Origin: Roseiflexus sp.
GTDB lineage: Bacteria; Chloroflexota; Chloroflexia; Chloroflexales; Roseiflexaceae
NCBI GenBank assembly: GCA_017743475.1
Contig: JAGHYV010000002.1
Span: 13,844 to 77,843 of the forward strand
Length of the DNA stretch: 64,000 nt
Reading direction: 5' to 3'
In this document: in pieces, positions 25,980-35,757 of the stretch
How the letters are laid out: every line of letters begins with the position of its first letter
How positions within the stretch are numbered: the stretch's first letter is position 1
Made by a program: the position numbers and the translations under genes
The notes under the pieces: model-generated
What the model saw: only the letters and a program-made list of their open reading frames with translations
Told to the model about the DNA's origin: nothing
The model's database searches: none

Positions 25980-27977
25980 TTACTTGCTTTCCGTAGCGGT
26001 GTAATCTGCAAGCTGCACCTTTAATGCCGTAACACTTAACTCACGCTGCGACTGCGGGTCATACGTCGTCGGCGCACGCAGGCGCAATCGGGTTTGTCCC
26101 GGCGGTGCGGTCACTCCTATGCGATAGGTGCGCATTGGGCGCTGCACGTCCCAGCGCGCGATCAGGCGTCGATCGTGCCACAGTTCCACCGGGCGCGCCG
26201 TCTCGTAAGACGCCAGGGTCAACGCCAGCGTCATATGGATTGGCGTATCATACGGGTTGACCAGCCAGAGCGTGTTGTTGGCGCTGCCCCAGCGATAGGC
26301 TAAGGAACCGGCATATTCAGTAGCATACCAGCCTCTTCCCAGCGCAACCCATGGACGGGAGCGATCAAGAGTTGATTCTTCGGGTCGATCTCTGTGGTTG
26401 CATTCTATTACCATGCCTAATTGCCCTGGTGATGTAATACGCTTGCAACTTAAATCAGGATAGCGACTCTCCAGGAGACGCTGTACGTTTGCATCATTTG
26501 TAAACACGTATATGGGCTTCTTTGATCGAATCCAGCTCTTCTTTATTTCTAGGTTAGGAGATTTATGCCATTCTTTTAATGTTTTTCCGTAAATTTCTAA
26601 CCAATAGTCGAGATATCTCGGCATTGCCATCTTATCCCACTTGTGAATTATGAAGATAGATTCCTCCTGGCAAATCTCAGCAAACTCTTTCATAAGTGCG
26701 GATGGTTTATAATAATTCTGGTAATAATTGTTTGTAATGTCTTGTAAATGCCTTCCAGATTCTAAATTTGATAGCAGGATTCTATCGCGATATACTACTG
26801 AAAAAGTAAATGAGATGATAGCGGCAAGAAAGATCAATACGAGAGAAATAGAAGTAAATCGAACATCGAAACCTTTGATTGCTTCTTTCAGAGATATACC
26901 CCCGATCATAGAGAAAGGGATGACTAATGGAATAAATGTTCGGTCAAACGGTTTGTCACCCCTAAGAGCACTCAATAAGAATGGAAGCACCATTAATATC
27001 AGAAGTAGGTAAAATCCACTGTAATCCTGATTTTTATCCCTAAAAATCTTTATAAGTCCATATAATACTGGTAAGAGTAGTAACCATCGTTTTGAGATGA
27101 GATGTCCCAAAAATGCAGGCATAAGTTCTGTTATTGTGCTCAAGTTGGGCATTCCTGATGTTCTTGTCATATTATTGTCGATAACTTTTGGAAGGATAGG
27201 GATATACCAGACTGTAGCGACGGCGATGCCCGACACAACCATGACCGCCAGCTCTATCTCGCGGTTGGATGTTAATCTTCTGTCAGGTTGGGCATATTTA
27301 TTTCTAGACCGCGAAAACAGATACCTCGATAACCAATAAATAAAAATAGGTGCGGTAACGTAGATATTTGATGGTATGGTGTAAAAGAGCAAAGAAGTTA
27401 GTGCCACGACCAAAAACCCACTTATTCTACTTCCACTCCTATAATAATGCAAGTTATAGTATAAGATCATTCCGAGCAGTGTCATGCTCAAAGTATAGCC
27501 TCTGACCTGGACAGTAAAGTTTACAGAAGGCAGGGTTGATCCCAAGATAATAACTGCAAGAAATCCCGCTAACGGATCAAAAAAGTCTCTTACAGTCCTA
27601 TAAACATATACAAACGTCAAAAATGTGTAAAACAACATTAGTATGCGAATTTTCCAGGGTTCTCTGAGCAGGTCGAAATCATCGATGCCAAGCCCGTACA
27701 GGTAAAGGTGGTTTAGTATGTTGGCGAAAATATGATTATTTGGTGCGCGATAGTCGGTTACAATCGTTGAGATCGGAACAAACACAAAATGATGTAGTGT
27801 ATAAATCTCGTCATACCAGAAATCGAGATTGATGTATGCAGCAACGACATAAATAAGCCATGGTAGCGCAGCAGCGCATGCTATCAGCGTCCACGCAAAC
27901 TCTGAGCGAGAAGACAAACTCTTTGCAGTTTTGTCTGATAATGCGAGTAGGGCGGACATGCCTGTATGCGAATTCAT
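25980..27977 (-). CDS. Chimeric GT-C (PMT/ArnT-like) membrane protein: low-GC body plus duplicated native C-terminal module
   Basis: DFWYDEIYT, NNHIFA and VQVRGYTL motifs. Sampled lines 26521 and 27001 are 32% and 30% GC. The last ~105 codons closely match those of 23801-25975. Confidence 0.8.
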   Translation of the reverse strand: MNSHTGMSALLALSDKTAKSLSSRSEFAWTLIACAAALPWLIYVVAAYINLDFWYDEIYTLHHFVFVPISTIVTDYRAPNNHIFANILNHLYLYGLGIDDFDLLREPWKIRILMLFYTFLTFVYVYRTVRDFFDPLAGFLAVIILGSTLPSVNFTVQVRGYTLSMTLLGMILYYNLHYYRSGSRISGFLVVALTSLLFYTIPSNIYVTAPIFIYWLSRYLFSRSRNKYAQPDRRLTSNREIELAVMVVSGIAVATVWYIPILPKVIDNNMTRTSGMPNLSTITELMPAFLGHLISKRWLLLLPVLYGLIKIFRDKNQDYSGFYLLLILMVLPFLLSALRGDKPFDRTFIPLVIPFSMIGGISLKEAIKGFDVRFTSISLVLIFLAAIISFTFSVVYRDRILLSNLESGRHLQDITNNYYQNYYKPSALMKEFAEICQEESIFIIHKWDKMAMPRYLDYWLEIYGKTLKEWHKSPNLEIKKSWIRSKKPIYVFTNDANVQRLLESRYPDLSCKRITSPGQLGMVIECNHRDRPEESTLDRSRPWVALGRGWYATEYAGSLAYRWGSANNTLWLVNPYDTPIHMTLALTLASYETARPVELWHDRRLIARWDVQRPMRTYRIGVTAPPGQTRLRLRAPTTYDPQSQRELSVTALKVQLADYTATESK

Positions 27978-28024
27978 CGAGGTCTTCTTTTCAAAACAAT
28001 GCTGTATGCGATATTCTCTGGCGC

Positions 28025-30124
28025 CTACGGCGTGACCTGCACGTCAGTAATTGCCACTCCTCCGTACCACGGCGCCATCTCCAGGTCGAGCAGTCCTGTT
28101 GCACTTGTGAACCACACTGTCAGTTCGGGATTGTGCTCACATTCGCGTATACCTGATAGGGAAATATGCATCTCTTGCGGCGCTCCGGTTAGCGTGATCC
28201 GCTCATGGATATTCCAGTTATCAAGCGAGATGTCAACCATACGCCCGGCAGGTCCGTGCATACGCACCACCAGCGTCCCGCATCCGCCGCGCACCCGCAC
28301 TCTTCCCTCTCCCAATGTCCAGCGCCCAACGGTGAGATCAGGAGTGGCAGGCGCGAACCCGGCGTAGAACCCGAGCGCAGCAGGATCGCCGGGAATGACG
28401 CGCGATGGAGCGCTCATGTGCTGCGCATTCCATGCCCATTCCAGCAGATCGTTGCCGGTGCGCCAGTAGCCGTCGATAGCGCGGAGCGCCGCTGCCGCTT
28501 CCGCCGGATTGTCGAGCACAGCAGCAGTGATCGCGCGCATTGCCTGTGCATACAGACTGCGGCGTTCCATTGACGCTGCCAGACGGTAGAGTTCCAGCGC
28601 CCGCTCATTATCGCCCTGCGCCAGGTAGAGATCGGCAAGGTCGATCAGGCGCAGCGGGTTGTCCGGGTTGGCGTCGTATGCCAGCGTCAACAGCGATTCA
28701 GCCCGTCGCAGATCGCCCGCGTCGAGCGCAGCCCGCCCTGGTGCAGCATACCATATGCCTGCACTCCACGGAATGTACTGTGTGCTGACGATCAGCGCCA
28801 GGAACACCAGCGATCCACCCAGCGCCGCGTAACTGCGCCGGTCACGCAGGAAGCGAGCAGGTTGCCGCCAGAGCGCCGGTAGCCTGATCAGCGCATATGC
28901 TGCGAATGGCAGAACTGTCGCCACAATCGGCAGGCGCAGGCGGGGATGTCCAATTGTCAGCGCTGCCAGCAGGGTCGCCAGCCCGATCCACAGCAACGTC
29001 GGCGTGGCGCGCACGGGTTGCGGTATAAAGCAGAACCCGCCGATTGCCAGCAACATTAGTACAATGTACTGCACATCCGCCAGTATGGTCAGCTCCAGCC
29101 GATATTCACCCGCATTCTGTACGATTGGTGCGCCGCGTGAGTCGATGGAAATGACATCGCCAACCGCATAACTGCGCGTTTGAAGCGCGTAGAGCGATGC
29201 GATTTTGAAGCGCATACGGGTGAGAAACCGCACTGGATCGTCACGAATGATATCCCACGCCATGTGCAGGGCAAGCGCCTGCCGGTCGGCAAGGTTCGGA
29301 ACCGCCGCCAGGCGTGCCTCGCCTGCTGCCTGTTCGGCATCACTGCGCACGGTGCCGTACCACATACTGATGCCGCCGTTCGTGTCGCTTACGATCAGGC
29401 GACTATGCACTAGATAATTCCGCCCCACCCACGGTCCAATGACCAGCATTGCGCCCAGCAATAGGAGGATCGCCGGATGATGCCAGCGCCATACCCGATA
29501 CCCGTCGGACTGAGCACGCCATGCTATCAATGCCGCCGCTAGCGGAATCAGATACACGCCAACCGCGCGCGTCAGTGCTGCAAGCGCCAGGATCACGCCA
29601 GCGCCAAACGCCATTCGCCCGCTTTTGCGATCAATCGCGTCGTTGAGCGCCGTCAGACCGGCAACCAGAAGAGTTATGAACAGTGCCTCGGCGTAGAGCG
29701 AACTGGCATACGATGCCAGCGGAATAAAGAGCGCTGCCAGCAACGCTGTGACCAGACCAGTGATACGTCCGAAGAGATGCGCGCCGAATGTGTAGAACGC
29801 CAGCACCCCGACACTCAAGATGCACGCCTGAAGCAGCAACGCACCGGCGACGTTCATCCCGGCTGCTGGCAACAGGAGCGCCAGAAATGCTGGATAGACC
29901 GGCGGACGCAGCCACTTCCCGGTATCGTGGTAGCCGCCATGCAGGATATGGATGGCTGCGCGATAGTACTCTTCCGGATCACCAGGCGGCACAGCGCCAG
30001 AGCGCGCCTGGATCCACCAGAACCAGAGACGCATGGCCAGCGCCAGCACAATCACGGCAACCAGAGCGATCCGGCTGGCAGCCAGCAGAGCGCGCGCTTT
30101 CCGCAGCGTTTGATGGTCGAGCAT
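28025..30124 (-). CDS. ArnT/PMT-like GT-C membrane glycosyltransferase with TPR-like region
   Basis: GDPEEYY, RPPVYP, LYAEALF and PWVGRNY; TPR-like AESLLTLAYDANPDNP...LADLYLAQGD. Confidence 0.78.
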   Translation of the reverse strand: MLDHQTLRKARALLAASRIALVAVIVLALAMRLWFWWIQARSGAVPPGDPEEYYRAAIHILHGGYHDTGKWLRPPVYPAFLALLLPAAGMNVAGALLLQACILSVGVLAFYTFGAHLFGRITGLVTALLAALFIPLASYASSLYAEALFITLLVAGLTALNDAIDRKSGRMAFGAGVILALAALTRAVGVYLIPLAAALIAWRAQSDGYRVWRWHHPAILLLLGAMLVIGPWVGRNYLVHSRLIVSDTNGGISMWYGTVRSDAEQAAGEARLAAVPNLADRQALALHMAWDIIRDDPVRFLTRMRFKIASLYALQTRSYAVGDVISIDSRGAPIVQNAGEYRLELTILADVQYIVLMLLAIGGFCFIPQPVRATPTLLWIGLATLLAALTIGHPRLRLPIVATVLPFAAYALIRLPALWRQPARFLRDRRSYAALGGSLVFLALIVSTQYIPWSAGIWYAAPGRAALDAGDLRRAESLLTLAYDANPDNPLRLIDLADLYLAQGDNERALELYRLAASMERRSLYAQAMRAITAAVLDNPAEAAAALRAIDGYWRTGNDLLEWAWNAQHMSAPSRVIPGDPAALGFYAGFAPATPDLTVGRWTLGEGRVRVRGGCGTLVVRMHGPAGRMVDISLDNWNIHERITLTGAPQEMHISLSGIRECEHNPELTVWFTSATGLLDLEMAPWYGGVAITDVQVTP

Positions 30125-30131
30125 CGTACTG

Positions 30132-31763
30132 TTATGGATTGTCCGGCGTCTGACGCATCACCAGCAGATCCTGTTCTTCGGCAATCACCTGCCAGCGATC
30201 TGACTCACGCAGGCGCTGAACGAAATCGCGGTGACGATCGGTGCGCAATGCTGCGGCGCGTGTATCGATGAAGAGGTACTCAGCGCGCTCGATCGGCGGA
30301 AACGACTCATCGGGCGGCACGTAATAGATGAAACGGCGCGGCATCATCCGTGGCGCGAGAAACGACGTGACTCCCAGCGATGCATCAGGCGGGATCAATG
30401 CTGCCAGGCGCTCCATCGCTGCCAGTCGTTCAGGGGTCTCTCGGTAGAGCACCGTTGTCGCCACCGGATTGCGATATGCCAGATTGGTTGCTGCCACAAT
30501 GCCAATCACGCCGATCATCAGCACATATGCTGTACGTGATGCGCGATTGTTGCGCCGAATCACACTGACGCCGCGCTGGTCTATCACTGTGCTTCTTGCC
30601 TGCCACCACCCCCACAACCGCGCAGCGCCGATGATGGCAGCAAGTATCAGACCAGGAATAACGAGCGCCTGATACTGTTCACGTACGGTGATCTGAAACG
30701 GGCGCAGCGAGAGCAGGTTCATCGCCAGCGGCGGCGCCGCCAGCAGCGCAACATCGGGTGCAAGCAACGGCAGCAATGCCAGCGGTAGCAGCATAAGGAA
30801 CAGATATTCCACTTTGTCCGGCGTTAGCATCAGGCGCAGCACATCAACAGGACGACTGACAATCGTCCAGAGAATAGCGCCTGCGCTGTCGCCGAGATGC
30901 GAATAGTAGGCAAGCTGCGGGCTTTTACCGGGCCAGATTTCGGTATAATCGCCCTCTGTCACCCCGCCAATGTCCCCTTCTCGCATCTGATAGTCTGGGC
31001 GATAGAACGACGGCACAACGACACTTGTCGAGAGATGGAACCATGCCAGTCCGATGAGAACCGGCGGCAGCACCCAGCGCCACCCGACACGCCACAGCGC
31101 TGCCAGGAAGCCAAACATGGTCACCACCAGCGACACATCGGTGCGGGTTGTCAGCGCGAGTGCCAGCAATCCCACGTATGCGACCCAATCACGTGCATTC
31201 GCCCGTCCATTCGCAGCACGCTGCAAAAAAAAGAATGCGCCCAGCAGCGCCGGAATTGCCAGCGTGCGCGGTTGCCATGGAGCGCTCATCGTCACAAACC
31301 AGAGCGAGGGGTAGAGCAGATACACGCCTGCCCATCCCAGCCCGGCAAGACGCGAACCGCCAAAGCGATCCCGCGCAATCCCATACACTGGCAGCGCACC
31401 GAGCGCCATAAAAAGCGCCTGAAAAAAATTGAGCGTCAACGCTGAGGGAAACAGCGCATAGAACGGAACGACCAGCAGGATTGCCGGAATGAAATCCATC
31501 CCCCACAGATGATCGGTGTGGCGATAGTGTGATATTTCAAGAAAGCGTCCCTGCGTCGTATTCCAGATCGACTGCTGATAGTCGATCTGATCATATCCCT
31601 GCGCCCAATGGAGATACTTGAATGTCAGACCAAAGAAAAGAATGGCGATGTACAGCGCAATGAGCGCCGCCAGCGTCAGACCTGCCCGTCGCTCGATCGT
31701 TGCGAGTAGCTGCACAATGCCTGTTTTGAAATATTCGTGGTGTGATGCAAGCGCTCGTGTCAT
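30132..31763 (-). CDS. DUF2079-family membrane protein (GT-C-like)
   Basis: YDQIDYQQSIWNTTQGRF, DFIPAILL and ITVREQY. Confidence 0.75.
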   Translation of the reverse strand: MTRALASHHEYFKTGIVQLLATIERRAGLTLAALIALYIAILFFGLTFKYLHWAQGYDQIDYQQSIWNTTQGRFLEISHYRHTDHLWGMDFIPAILLVVPFYALFPSALTLNFFQALFMALGALPVYGIARDRFGGSRLAGLGWAGVYLLYPSLWFVTMSAPWQPRTLAIPALLGAFFFLQRAANGRANARDWVAYVGLLALALTTRTDVSLVVTMFGFLAALWRVGWRWVLPPVLIGLAWFHLSTSVVVPSFYRPDYQMREGDIGGVTEGDYTEIWPGKSPQLAYYSHLGDSAGAILWTIVSRPVDVLRLMLTPDKVEYLFLMLLPLALLPLLAPDVALLAAPPLAMNLLSLRPFQITVREQYQALVIPGLILAAIIGAARLWGWWQARSTVIDQRGVSVIRRNNRASRTAYVLMIGVIGIVAATNLAYRNPVATTVLYRETPERLAAMERLAALIPPDASLGVTSFLAPRMMPRRFIYYVPPDESFPPIERAEYLFIDTRAAALRTDRHRDFVQRLRESDRWQVIAEEQDLLVMRQTPDNP

Positions 31764-31882
31764 ATGCTCTGAACTCTCGCCTGTTCCTCGCCTTACACTG
31801 TTCACGCCTCGCGCTGCCCCCTCGATGGACCCCGCTGCCGGTACGGGCGCAGCAGCGTTGCGCCCCGATACATCGTCGTCCC

Positions 31883-31975
31883 ACGTTCAACGTGCAATGT
31901 TCAACCTTCAACCCCTCGCGCCTTCATCCCCTCGCGCCTCGTCCCCTCGCGCCTTTCGCCTCCGCCTCGCGCCTC
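31883..31975. repeat. Heptamer tandem (ACGTTCA-type x4) followed by CCCCTCGCGCCT repeats
   Basis: acgttca acgtgca atgttca accttca, then three CCCCTCGCGCCT units; intergenic. Confidence 0.7.
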
Positions 31976-31981
31976 ATATCC

Positions 31982-34327
31982 TCACACTACCGGCGACCGC
32001 AGGATGCGAATCACCCAGAGATCGAGCGCCGTCACCAGCGTAAACAGGTAGATTGTCGCAACCAGCGCTTTTCCCCACCACCCGCGTCGCCAAAAGCGCT
32101 CAGCGTAGATCGCCCAGCAGAGACAAATGGCAGGCACGATATAGAACAACTGCTTGTCAACCATCGATACCCGATATCCCACCAGCATGAACAGGGTTCC
32201 GACCGAAAACCACGCTGCCAGCATCACCCACAGCAGCGGGCGCTTGCGCAACGCAACAAAACCCGGAACGACAAAAGCGAGCGGAATGAGCAAACCGTAG
32301 TATAAAAAGCCGTCCGGTCGCATATCGTACCGCAGGTGCCGCCAGAAAGAGAAAAGGTAATCACTAAACGGCGGACGCACCACACCGACGCTTTCTGGAC
32401 CACTTGTTGCCAGACTCAGCATATATGGTATGGTTCGCTCGACAATCGGTGAAATATACTGGCCATAGTAGATCAGCGTTGCCGCTCCCAGCGCCACGAC
32501 CAGTGAGAGTGCGACAGGGCGAAGCGGCTTTCGGTCGATCCTCACTGGTGCGATGAGCGCGATTCCAATGAAGCAGACGATGAACACAATGTGGAAGACT
32601 GCCATCACCGTGTAGAACAGGAGTGTAATCACCGTTAGCACGGTAAGCAGAGCAAACGGACCCCATTCGTGGAGACGGGGATACAGTGCGACCATGACCG
32701 TCGAGGTGACCAGTGTCCACCACATGCCGGATGTCGTCGGGATGTTGCCCCACGAATGCAATAGAAAGGTAACCGGTGTGACAGCATAGATCAGCGCTGC
32801 GAAGATCGTCGCGCGATGGCTCAACCTCGCCTTGCGCGCCAGAAGCGCGATCAGAAAGACGCGACTGTTGTCGAGCAGGGCGCTGAAAAGGTTCGCGCTG
32901 GTTTCGAGCGACCATGGAAAGAGTGCAAAAACCGTCGCAAAGAGGTGAAAAAATGGTGAATAGGGAATGACAGGGCGATTCGGTCCCCACTCATTGATCG
33001 GCATTACCGACTCTGAGAACGCGCCGGGAAGATACATTTCCGACCAGTGTCCATTGAGGATCCAGCGTACGCGATCCATGTGCCAGCCGACGTCGATAGC
33101 GCGCATATAGGGGAAGAGCAATCCGCCGCCTTTCAGCCAGAGACCGACGAGAAAGATAACCAGCAGTGCATATCGCACTGCCGGTTCAAGAGGGGCGTCG
33201 AGTTTACGGAAGATCCAGTCCACACCGCGATCTGCCACAGGCGTCAGCACAAGGGTGAAAAGCATAAACCATGCCAGCGGCTCCAGGAACAGTCCAGTCG
33301 GGTAGCGGTACGCTATCAGCGCCCACGCGCCGATCAGCGCCACCATGATGCTCGCACTGCATGCAATCCATGCCGGAACCCGCGCTACGCGAAGGGCGCC
33401 GTACATGCTGGCGACAATAGTCAGTGCTGGCAACACTGCACTCCACGGCGGCAGCGTCACACCAGGCGCGCGGGTGAGCGGCGTTACTGCCACACGCTCT
33501 AGCGACACCCCTAGCGGGCGCGGATCGCGGTACGGATTCGCCGAGATGTCCAGATTCAGGTTTCCGTTGTTGAGGGTGCGCGCTGGCGCGATCAACAGAT
33601 AGCGGCGCATACCCGGCGTCTCAGGCAGGGCAGCGATCATTTCTCCATTGGCGAAGACGCGTGCATCAACTGCGCCGCCATCTGGATGCGCTACCAGTGC
33701 CCGCAGTTCTACGCGCCAATCGCCGTGTCCTAATGCAGGAAGTGTGATCGTCGAGCGTTCGCTTGTCCAGCGATAGGTCAGCGCTCTGGCGATTTCAGCG
33801 TCGATCAGGCGCACTGGCGGTACTTCGAGCGTGCGGTCCGGGATCGCTTCGATGCGCAATCGCATACCGCCAGACAGATCCATGTCGTCGGGCAGGAGCA
33901 GGCGAAAACGCCGGGCACCGCCGCGATCATTGAGGGTGTCAACTCGACGGTCGTTGGCATAGACAGCAATCAGACGGCGTGGATGAACTGTATCGGGCTG
34001 CCAGTCATCCAATGTTAGCGTCACCATGCGTGCATCTTCACGCAATGGAGTCGCAACAACAACCTCGTTTGAACCGGGAAGCGCAGCAACCCGCATGAGA
34101 ACCGTCTGTGCGGTAAACTCACGCCCGTGCATATCGCGAAGGTAGGGATAGTCAAGACGGGTGCCAATATCGAGCGTTACCTGCGGTTGCGCAGTGTAGG
34201 CGACCATCAGTGCGATCAGGACGCCAAGCGCTGTCACTGCCAGTGGCAACCCTGGTTGCCAGCCATGCGGATTGATGAACGCTCTTGACCAGGCGACCGG
34301 AGCGCGTGTTGCTTTCGGAGCAGCCAA
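31982..34327 (-). CDS. Large membrane protein (extracellular beta modules plus GT-C-like TM region)
   Basis: N-terminal TM, a domain with YRWT and RPLGV motifs, then ~13 TM segments with RAIDVGWH. Confidence 0.7.
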   Translation of the reverse strand: MAAPKATRAPVAWSRAFINPHGWQPGLPLAVTALGVLIALMVAYTAQPQVTLDIGTRLDYPYLRDMHGREFTAQTVLMRVAALPGSNEVVVATPLREDARMVTLTLDDWQPDTVHPRRLIAVYANDRRVDTLNDRGGARRFRLLLPDDMDLSGGMRLRIEAIPDRTLEVPPVRLIDAEIARALTYRWTSERSTITLPALGHGDWRVELRALVAHPDGGAVDARVFANGEMIAALPETPGMRRYLLIAPARTLNNGNLNLDISANPYRDPRPLGVSLERVAVTPLTRAPGVTLPPWSAVLPALTIVASMYGALRVARVPAWIACSASIMVALIGAWALIAYRYPTGLFLEPLAWFMLFTLVLTPVADRGVDWIFRKLDAPLEPAVRYALLVIFLVGLWLKGGGLLFPYMRAIDVGWHMDRVRWILNGHWSEMYLPGAFSESVMPINEWGPNRPVIPYSPFFHLFATVFALFPWSLETSANLFSALLDNSRVFLIALLARKARLSHRATIFAALIYAVTPVTFLLHSWGNIPTTSGMWWTLVTSTVMVALYPRLHEWGPFALLTVLTVITLLFYTVMAVFHIVFIVCFIGIALIAPVRIDRKPLRPVALSLVVALGAATLIYYGQYISPIVERTIPYMLSLATSGPESVGVVRPPFSDYLFSFWRHLRYDMRPDGFLYYGLLIPLAFVVPGFVALRKRPLLWVMLAAWFSVGTLFMLVGYRVSMVDKQLFYIVPAICLCWAIYAERFWRRGWWGKALVATIYLFTLVTALDLWVIRILRSPVV

Positions 34328-34409
34328 ACCTGACGACCTTATACCATACCAGCGAAATAATCCAGCGCATTATAGCACAAGCAGAATGGGGTATACTTTG
34401 AACTGTCTG

Positions 34410-34493
34410 GTTCTCAGTTCTCGGTTCCTGGTTCTCAGTTCTCGGTTTCTGGTTCTCGGTTCTCGGTTCCCGGTTCTTGATTTTTGGTTCTCA
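34410..34493 (+). repeat. 12 x 7-bp tandem repeat (GTTCTCR) filling the GT4 5' UTR
   Basis: gttctca gttctcg gttcctg gttctca gttctcg gtttctg gttctcg gttctcg gttcccg gttcttg atttttg gttctca, then C-ATG at 34495; TATACT at 34392-34397. Confidence 0.9.
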
Positions 34494-34494
34494 C

Positions 34495-35574
34495 ATGAAT
34501 CTAGTCTGGCATTCGTCATTCGCATCGCTTACCGGCTACAGCGGTTCCTCTCTGGCGTTTGTCCTTGGTCTCGATGCGCGCGGTGTCGCGGTTCGCCCAC
34601 TCTACCTATATGGCGCTGATCGCGATGAGCATATTATGATGGGTGGCGTTCACCCGCGCATCGCCATGTTGCAACGCGCTCCACTTCGTCTTGATGTGCC
34701 ACAGGTCGTATACGCGCCGGGGGATCGTTTCTCGAAGAACAGCGGGCGCTACCGCATCGGTTTTACCATGCTCGAGTTTGACCGTTTGCCGCAGGAATGG
34801 GTTCAGCAAGCCAATCAGATGGACGAAGTCTGGACCCCAACTGTCTGGGGGGCACACGTGTTTGCCGCCAGTGGCGTGACCCGTCCCATCCATGTTGTTC
34901 CCCTAGGTGTCGACCTAGCGTGTTTTGCACCGGGTTCTCCCCGCACCCATCTGACCGACCGCGTCGTCTTTTTGTCGGTGTTCGAGTGGAGCCGCCGCAA
35001 AGGATGGGATGTACTGATCCGCGCTTACCGCGCTGCCTTTCGTCCTAATGATCCGGTGGTGCTGGTGCTGAAGATCGACTGTCGCGCCCCTGATGAGAAC
35101 CCGGTGCGTGAGATCGCGGCGCTGTTGCCGTCGCCCTCGCCGCCGGTGACACTGCTCTACAACCGCACGCTGAATGCGCAGCGTATGGCTGAACTGTACC
35201 GCAGCGCCGACTGCTTCGTGCTGCCCACACGCGGCGAAGGATGGGGGATGCCGATCCTCGAAGCGATGGCGTGTGGCATTCCTGCAATTGCAACCGATTG
35301 GAGCGGACCAACAGCGTTTTTGAACCACGAGAACGGCTACCCGCTGCCGATCCGTGGTCTGGTTCCCGCAGATGCTGGCGGGTTCTACGGTCGCAGCGCG
35401 CAGTGGGCGGAACCCGACGGCGATGCACTCGTTGAACTGTTACGCCACGTTGCACACCATCCCGAAGAGCGCCGCGCTAAAGGTCAGCGTGCAGCCGCCG
35501 ATGCAGCGCAATGGTCGTGGGAGCGGGCGATCGATATCGTGTATGCACAATTGAACCGCTCCAAACTCTGGTGA
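34495..35574 (+). CDS. Glycosyltransferase family 4
   Basis: MNLVWHS...TGYS, RKGWDVLI and RGEGWGMPILEAMACGIPAI. Confidence 0.9.
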   Translation: MNLVWHSSFASLTGYSGSSLAFVLGLDARGVAVRPLYLYGADRDEHIMMGGVHPRIAMLQRAPLRLDVPQVVYAPGDRFSKNSGRYRIGFTMLEFDRLPQEWVQQANQMDEVWTPTVWGAHVFAASGVTRPIHVVPLGVDLACFAPGSPRTHLTDRVVFLSVFEWSRRKGWDVLIRAYRAAFRPNDPVVLVLKIDCRAPDENPVREIAALLPSPSPPVTLLYNRTLNAQRMAELYRSADCFVLPTRGEGWGMPILEAMACGIPAIATDWSGPTAFLNHENGYPLPIRGLVPADAGGFYGRSAQWAEPDGDALVELLRHVAHHPEERRAKGQRAAADAAQWSWERAIDIVYAQLNRSKLW

Positions 35575-35757
35575 TGTTTGATCAGGATTTCGTGGTATAT
35601 TTTTTGAAGAATGTGACATATAACCCTGACGTTCCCAGATATAACCTATCGCCGCGCTGTGACGCCAATCGGCGCACCATGGTGTGTTGCATAGAAGGTT
35701 CAACGATCCACGCTGATCGTCTACGCTCCGTTCCTGTCCGGCGGGGGTATCGCATCT

